From NCBI GenBank assembly GCA_038891095.1, contig JAWAEV010000002.1, positions 1 to 64,000 on the forward strand: a stretch of DNA of 64,000 bases, in the 5' to 3' direction. Below the pieces are notes generated by a model that saw only the letters and a program-made list of their open reading frames with translations, did not search any database and was not told the DNA's origin. This DNA comes from Candidatus Altiarchaeota archaeon (GTDB taxonomy: Archaea > Altiarchaeota > Altiarchaeia > IMC4 > QMZM01). Positions within the stretch are counted from its first letter, which is position 1. Each line of letters starts with the position of its first letter. Shown piece by piece: positions 59,460-64,000 of this stretch. A program made the position numbers and the translations under genes.

Positions 59460-59789
59460 TTATATTTTAAAAATTTTCTTTAATGGAAAAATAATTAAAA
59501 ATAAACCATAAGATAGGACAATTGCTGATAGAATTCCTAAGAAATCTTCGATATTTATAGTAACTCCAGTTATTTCTTTAACTAAAATTAATCCATCTTT
59601 AATTGCCCATATAACTATTCCAAAAAATAGAAGCTTTATACCTCTCAAAAAAGTATCTGAATGTAAAAAAAATAAACTACTTATAGACTTTTTATCCCTT
59701 TTCTTTAAATTTTTGACACTATCTATTATCTGACTTACTATCAACAAGCATATTATCAAAATCAAAAAATTTATAATTTTTAGAATCAT
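59460..59789 (-). CDS. Hypothetical three-TM membrane protein
   Basis: Start reset to MILKIINF (59789), directly after the rpl39e stop; three hydrophobic segments. Confidence 0.6.
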   Translation of the reverse strand: MILKIINFLILIICLLIVSQIIDSVKNLKKRDKKSISSLFFLHSDTFLRGIKLLFFGIVIWAIKDGLILVKEITGVTINIEDFLGILSAIVLSYGLFLIIFPLKKIFKI

Positions 59790-59790
59790 C

Positions 59791-59946
59791 TTAAAAAATA
59801 TTACTCCTTCGCCAATGTCTCCTTGATTTTGGGCTGTCGCGAACTTTTCTATTTGTTTTTGCAAAAACCCAAATTGGAGCTCTTTTGCTTGACTTGTGAG
59901 CTTTTGATAAAATTTGCTTTTTCTCTTGAGATTTTTGTTTTGCCAT
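59791..59946 (-). CDS. rpl39e: 50S ribosomal protein L39e
   Basis: Read manually: MAKQKSQEKKQILSKAHKSSKRAPIWVFAKTNRKVRDSPKSRRHWRRSNIF (51 aa; P.WV..KT and RRHWRR signature). Confidence 0.93.
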   Translation of the reverse strand: MAKQKSQEKKQILSKAHKSSKRAPIWVFAKTNRKVRDSPKSRRHWRRSNIF

Positions 59947-60002
59947 GTTATATAATCAACTTTTTGTAATAAAAGTTATTATTTTAATATAGCTAACTAA
60001 CA

Positions 60003-60689
60003 ATGAAAAAATTTAACAAAGAAGAATTTAACAATTTTATAATTGAAAATAAAGTTGTTGGCTTTTTTGATGAGCCTATAAAATTAAAATCAGGCAGGCT
60101 TTCGAATTGGTATGTAAATTGGCGTAATATTGCTGAGGATGTTTTTCTTTTAGATAAGCTTAGTGATTATGTCATAGCTTTTGTTAATGAACTCAATTTA
60201 AAGCCAAAATGCTTTTATGGGGTTCCAGAAGGTGCAACAAAGCTGTCTTTGTTAACACAGTATAAATTTGCAAAAAAACAGAAGGATTATGGAAAGGGAG
60301 AATATCCCTTAGCAATGGGGCGCGGAAGGGAAAAGGAGCATGGTGAAGAAAAGGACAGGTACTTTCTTGGAGTGCCTAAGGGACCAACTATAGTTATTGA
60401 AGATGTTACCACAACTGGCAATTCTTTAATTGAAACAATTAAAATTTTGCAGAAATTTAATATCGAAATACTTGCAGCAATTAGTTTAACAAATAGAAAT
60501 GAGTTAGATGAAAATGGAAAGAAAGTTGAGGATAAAATAAGAGAGTTTGGCATAGCTTATTATACAATGAGCAATGCTCTTGAAATTCTTCCAATTGCAT
60601 GTAAAAAATTTAAATTGAATGAAAAGGCTAAAAAACTTCTGCAAGAGTATTTTGAAAAATATGGCACAGAGAAATTAAAATTAGAATGA
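60003..60689 (+). CDS. pyrE: Orotate phosphoribosyltransferase (divergent)
   Basis: LKSGR.S.WY, KEHG, VIEDVTTTGNS; paired with pyrF. Confidence 0.8.
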   Translation: MKKFNKEEFNNFIIENKVVGFFDEPIKLKSGRLSNWYVNWRNIAEDVFLLDKLSDYVIAFVNELNLKPKCFYGVPEGATKLSLLTQYKFAKKQKDYGKGEYPLAMGRGREKEHGEEKDRYFLGVPKGPTIVIEDVTTTGNSLIETIKILQKFNIEILAAISLTNRNELDENGKKVEDKIREFGIAYYTMSNALEILPIACKKFKLNEKAKKLLQEYFEKYGTEKLKLE

Positions 60690-61390
60690 AAGAAATAATA
60701 AAATTGCAAAGGAGCATAATCCCTGCATGTGATACCTCTTTAAAAATTTATAAAAAAATTTTAAAAGAAACTGCAGAAATTGAAGAGATAGGAGCTTATA
60801 AAATTGGCTTTATCCTTGCTCTTAAATATGGGCTCCCAAAGATAGTAAAATTAACAAGAAAGTATACTGATAAGCTATTGATATATGACCATCAAAAAGC
60901 AGCAACAGATATACCAGAAACTGGAGAAAAATTTGCAGAAATTTGCAAGAGTGCTGGAATTGATGCAGTAATTCTATTTCCTCTCTCAGGACCGGAAACA
61001 GAAAAAGCTTGGATAAATGCAGCTAAGAAAAATAGCTTAGGCGTTATAATCGGCGGAATAATGACTCATGCAAAGTATAGAGAAAGTGAGAATGGTTTCA
61101 TAGCTGATAAAAAAATTTTTGAAATTTATAAAGTAGCTTTAAAACTTAAAGTGAGAGACTTTGTAGTTCCAGGTAACAAAATTGATGAAGCAAAAAAGAT
61201 AAAAAATTTATTTGATAGAGTAAAAATTAAGGTAACATATTATGCTCCGGGATTTATTGCGCAAGGTGGAGAGATTTCAGATTTTGAAAAAATTTTCTCA
61301 AAAGAAAGGGTGCATTTTATAATTGGCAGAGGTTTATATGAAGCGAAAGATATAAAGAAAAAGGCATTAGAATACGCAAGTAGAATCTAA
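60686..61390 (+). CDS. pyrF: Orotidine-5'-phosphate decarboxylase (divergent)
   Basis: IIPACD, YKIG, DHQKAATDIPET, APG..AQGG, IIGR. Confidence 0.85.
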   Translation: MKEIIKLQRSIIPACDTSLKIYKKILKETAEIEEIGAYKIGFILALKYGLPKIVKLTRKYTDKLLIYDHQKAATDIPETGEKFAEICKSAGIDAVILFPLSGPETEKAWINAAKKNSLGVIIGGIMTHAKYRESENGFIADKKIFEIYKVALKLKVRDFVVPGNKIDEAKKIKNLFDRVKIKVTYYAPGFIAQGGEISDFEKIFSKERVHFIIGRGLYEAKDIKKKALEYASRI

Positions 61391-62223
61391 TTAACAATCT
61401 CTCCTTTGCCAGATGGAATCCATCTCTGAAATTCTTCTAAAGGAATTTTCTTAATTTTTCTACCATCAGTCTCATTTGATTTTCTTAAAATTTCCTTCTT
61501 TATTTCTTCAGCGAGTTCCTTAGATTTTCTATGCCCTGGTTTTATTGTTACAAAGTATTTACACTTTTTTTCTATAGAACTTGTCACTCCTGCAACTATT
61601 TCAATTTTCTCATCATCGATGATAACACCAATTGAAATTTTTAATTCAACATTTCTAAACCAATTTTTCTTTCCAGAAATAATAAATGCTCCTTTAGCAA
61701 GATATTGCCCAGCTGGCGCAGTCTTTGAAATTTGTTCCGGAAGAAAATAGTAAACATTACAATTACCTAAACCAAATTGCCATGCTTTTGAATATGCTGC
61801 CGCTAATTTTGCAGTCTCTTCAAGAGTACTTTCTGGAATTTTCTCTGCTGAGGGATTTTTTATTAAAAAAAATGGTGCCCCATAAATATCTGCATGAAAA
61901 ACTAAATCATTTTTTTCCATGTGCTTCTTTATTAGTATCTCATTAGAACTTGCATCTCTGCCAGCAACGATTAAAAAATTATCTGAAGAAAAAAAATAGC
62001 GAAATTTTTCATACCACTTTTTTTCCTTTTGAATTTTTATTACTTGCTCATCTTCCTTTTTTCTATAGAGGATCTCACTTCTTTTCAATTCTTCTATCTT
62101 CTTTATAGTCTCTGTCAAAGCTTTTTTTAGTCCGTAAATTTTTTTCTTTGCTTTCTTTGCTTGTTCATAATATAGAGCTGCATTTTCTTGAGCACTTTTT
62201 CTCACATCCAAAGAAACTTCCAT
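61387..62223 (-). CDS. Short RqcH/NFACT-family protein (coiled coil, NFACT-R and C-terminal part only)
   Basis: S.QENA..YY..AKK, WYEKFRYF.SS, GRDA..NE, FHADI.GAP, YL.KGAF. Confidence 0.85.
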   Translation of the reverse strand: MEVSLDVRKSAQENAALYYEQAKKAKKKIYGLKKALTETIKKIEELKRSEILYRKKEDEQVIKIQKEKKWYEKFRYFFSSDNFLIVAGRDASSNEILIKKHMEKNDLVFHADIYGAPFFLIKNPSAEKIPESTLEETAKLAAAYSKAWQFGLGNCNVYYFLPEQISKTAPAGQYLAKGAFIISGKKNWFRNVELKISIGVIIDDEKIEIVAGVTSSIEKKCKYFVTIKPGHRKSKELAEEIKKEILRKSNETDGRKIKKIPLEEFQRWIPSGKGEIVN

Positions 62224-62259
62224 TTTGGTTATATTACAATAAAAAACAATAAAGATAAT

Positions 62260-62745
62260 ATGCTATTCTTTAAATTAGAAGCAACTGAAATAAGTTACAG
62301 GGCAAAAATTTTAACAATACAAATAAAAAAATCTGAGAAAGTAAAAATATGGTGCTCATGGGATTATGAGAGCGAGGAAGAACTTCTTAGAGAGTTTATA
62401 AATTTCTTTTTGCAGGAAGAAGATAAAATTATAGTTGGCTTCAATATATTGAAATTTGACATTCCGCTACTTTTGCTAAAAACATCCCATATGGAGAACT
62501 TTGAGAAATTTTCAATGAAGATAAATCATTCGAACATTATTGATCTATTCATAGTGCTAACATTCCAAAGGAAGGGTAAGATAAAGAGTTTTAAGGATTA
62601 TTGCAATGAGATTAATATAGCTCCAATAAGTAGGGAAGAGATTTTAACTTTTTATCATAGTGGGCAATATGAAAAGATTAATGGAGCAATTTTGAAAAAT
62701 TTTGAAGCACTTGAGAAATTATTTAAAAATATGCTGAAAAAATGA
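62260..62745 (+). CDS. DnaQ/RNase H-like 3'-5' exonuclease homologue, probably inactive
   Basis: EEELL..F and VGFNILKFD intact; ExoI reads KLE; ExoIII Y..D absent. Confidence 0.65.
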   Translation: MLFFKLEATEISYRAKILTIQIKKSEKVKIWCSWDYESEEELLREFINFFLQEEDKIIVGFNILKFDIPLLLLKTSHMENFEKFSMKINHSNIIDLFIVLTFQRKGKIKSFKDYCNEINIAPISREEILTFYHSGQYEKINGAILKNFEALEKLFKNMLKK

Positions 62746-63389
62746 CAGAATACTATTTTGATACAGAAATTGCATATGACCGCGATGAGATAGTAGAGAA
62801 AATTCGCAATAATGAGAAATTTCCTTTTGATCCAAAGCAATGCAAAATTATAACAATACAATTTCAGCAAATTGATAAATATGGCAGAGGAGTTGGAAAA
62901 TTAAGAGTTTTAAAAGAGTGGGAATCAAGTGAGGAAGATATAATAAGAAAGTTTTCAGCAGTAATTCAACCAGAGAACAGATGGAATTTTATCCCTGTTG
63001 GTTATAATGTTTATTTTGATTTAGGAATTTTCAAGGAAAGGGCAAAAATTTATGGCATTGACTATGATAAATGGTTTATATATCATGACCTGCCAGCTAT
63101 TGATTTAAGACCAATTTTCTTAGCATTAAATGATTTTCAGTTTAAGGGTTCTGGCTTAGACAAATTCACAAAAAAAGAGCATTCTGGTGCTTTAGTGCCA
63201 ATATGGTATTCACAACATGAATATGAAAAAATTTTAAATTACATTGAAAAGGAAGCTGAGGAATTTTTACTTTTCTATCAAAAGTTAAAATCAAAAATTC
63301 CAGATATAAGAGAAATTATGGGCTATCCAAGGAAAATTTTTTATGAAGAAGGCAAAGCATCAATCCAGAGGCAATTAGATCAGCAGTAG
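62742..63389 (+). CDS. DnaQ/RNase H-like 3'-5' exonuclease domain protein
   Basis: YYFDTE (ExoI), VGYNVYFD (ExoII), IDL, YIEKE (ExoIII variant). Confidence 0.75.
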   Translation: MTEYYFDTEIAYDRDEIVEKIRNNEKFPFDPKQCKIITIQFQQIDKYGRGVGKLRVLKEWESSEEDIIRKFSAVIQPENRWNFIPVGYNVYFDLGIFKERAKIYGIDYDKWFIYHDLPAIDLRPIFLALNDFQFKGSGLDKFTKKEHSGALVPIWYSQHEYEKILNYIEKEAEEFLLFYQKLKSKIPDIREIMGYPRKIFYEEGKASIQRQLDQQ

Positions 63390-64000
63390 TTCCAGGATTG
63401 AATCTATTTTTCTTATCATGTAAATATCTGTAAAATCTTTCAATTTCCTTTCTGCCTTTTTCTGTTTTAACTCCACCAAGACTAATTATTTCCTCTGCCT
63501 TTTTTGAAATTTCCTTTGCTTTCTCTTTACCATTTTTCTTTGCTATTAGAGTGTCATAGTATTTAGATAACAACTCAAGATAACTCTGCAAGATTGCATT
63601 TTTAATATCCCTAATTTCAAAAAAATTTTTCTCAATTAGTTTTGATGAAAATTTTGTAATTTTCAAGTCATTTATAAGATCATAAGCAATTCTATCATTT
63701 TTTGCAGAAATTTTTAGCATTTTATAGAACGAAACTCTTGGTTTTTTTAATTTTCCACCAACATTTGCATTTGAAATTTCTATCGCATCATAAAAATCAA
63801 TTGTGTCTTTGACTGTTGCAAATTTCAAAATTTTTTTTATACTTCTGCCAATTTCCTCTTTTGAAAGGCTATATGCAATTGAAATCGGAATCATCAATAG
63901 GAGCATTCCTAAATGTGTATTAGCCTTGGCATAAGGATGTGAGTTCATAACATAAATTGTCCCCATTTTTATTAACTCGCCAATTTTTAAATCTCTAAGA
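63316..64000 (-). CDS. citG: CitG-family triphosphoribosyl-dephospho-CoA synthase (5'-partial)
   Basis: NTHLG, DTLIAKKNG, NPGTTADL; frame stays open to the window edge (LRDLKIGELIKMG). Confidence 0.85.
   Translation of the reverse strand, partial: LRDLKIGELIKMGTIYVMNSHPYAKANTHLGMLLLMIPISIAYSLSKEEIGRSIKKILKFATVKDTIDFYDAIEISNANVGGKLKKPRVSFYKMLKISAKNDRIAYDLINDLKITKFSSKLIEKNFFEIRDIKNAILQSYLELLSKYYDTLIAKKNGKEKAKEISKKAEEIISLGGVKTEKGRKEIERFYRYLHDKKNRFNPGTTADLIASGLMLCLLHKKFSLDSP

Noticed and set aside
3438-62870. Numerous short antisense or overlapping ORFs in the track (e.g. 3593-4051, 4443-5174, 9475-9993, 12732-13151, 42231-42665, 50573-50890)
   Set aside because: They are shadows of well-supported genes on the opposite strand or frame, with no motifs of their own.

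Overview
AT-rich, gene-dense archaeal chromosomal segment with about 65 CDS. Markers such as gatE, rps6e, rpl39e, aIF5A, priL, hel308, hjc, endA, dph5 and an S-layer gene show it is archaeal; the VirB2-type pilin, Cys/Thr-rich surface proteins and short RqcH suggest a DPANN/Altiarchaeota-like lineage (inference only). It holds the lower archaeal mevalonate pathway as one gene run (ubiX, AMPD, PMDh L/S, ipk, fni), a stand-alone 5S rRNA, and a tRNA-Trp(CCA) directly after endA whose 136-nt intron carries C/D guide elements. A dtxR-feoB unit has a clear palindromic operator. The leading candidates for an unexplored system are: (1) a chromosomal VirB2-PrgI/VirB3-VirB4 module whose ATPase has an extra PD-(D/E)xK-like tail and is followed by twin 36-bp palindromes; (2) a cytoplasmic TPR/SNAP-plus-Ig protein paired with a MoxR ATPase; (3) two apparent pseudoenzymes, a TtuA/Ctu2-like protein and a dead member of an exonuclease pair. 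No integrase, transposase or cas gene was recognised. All calls come from reading motifs by eye; no database searches were run.
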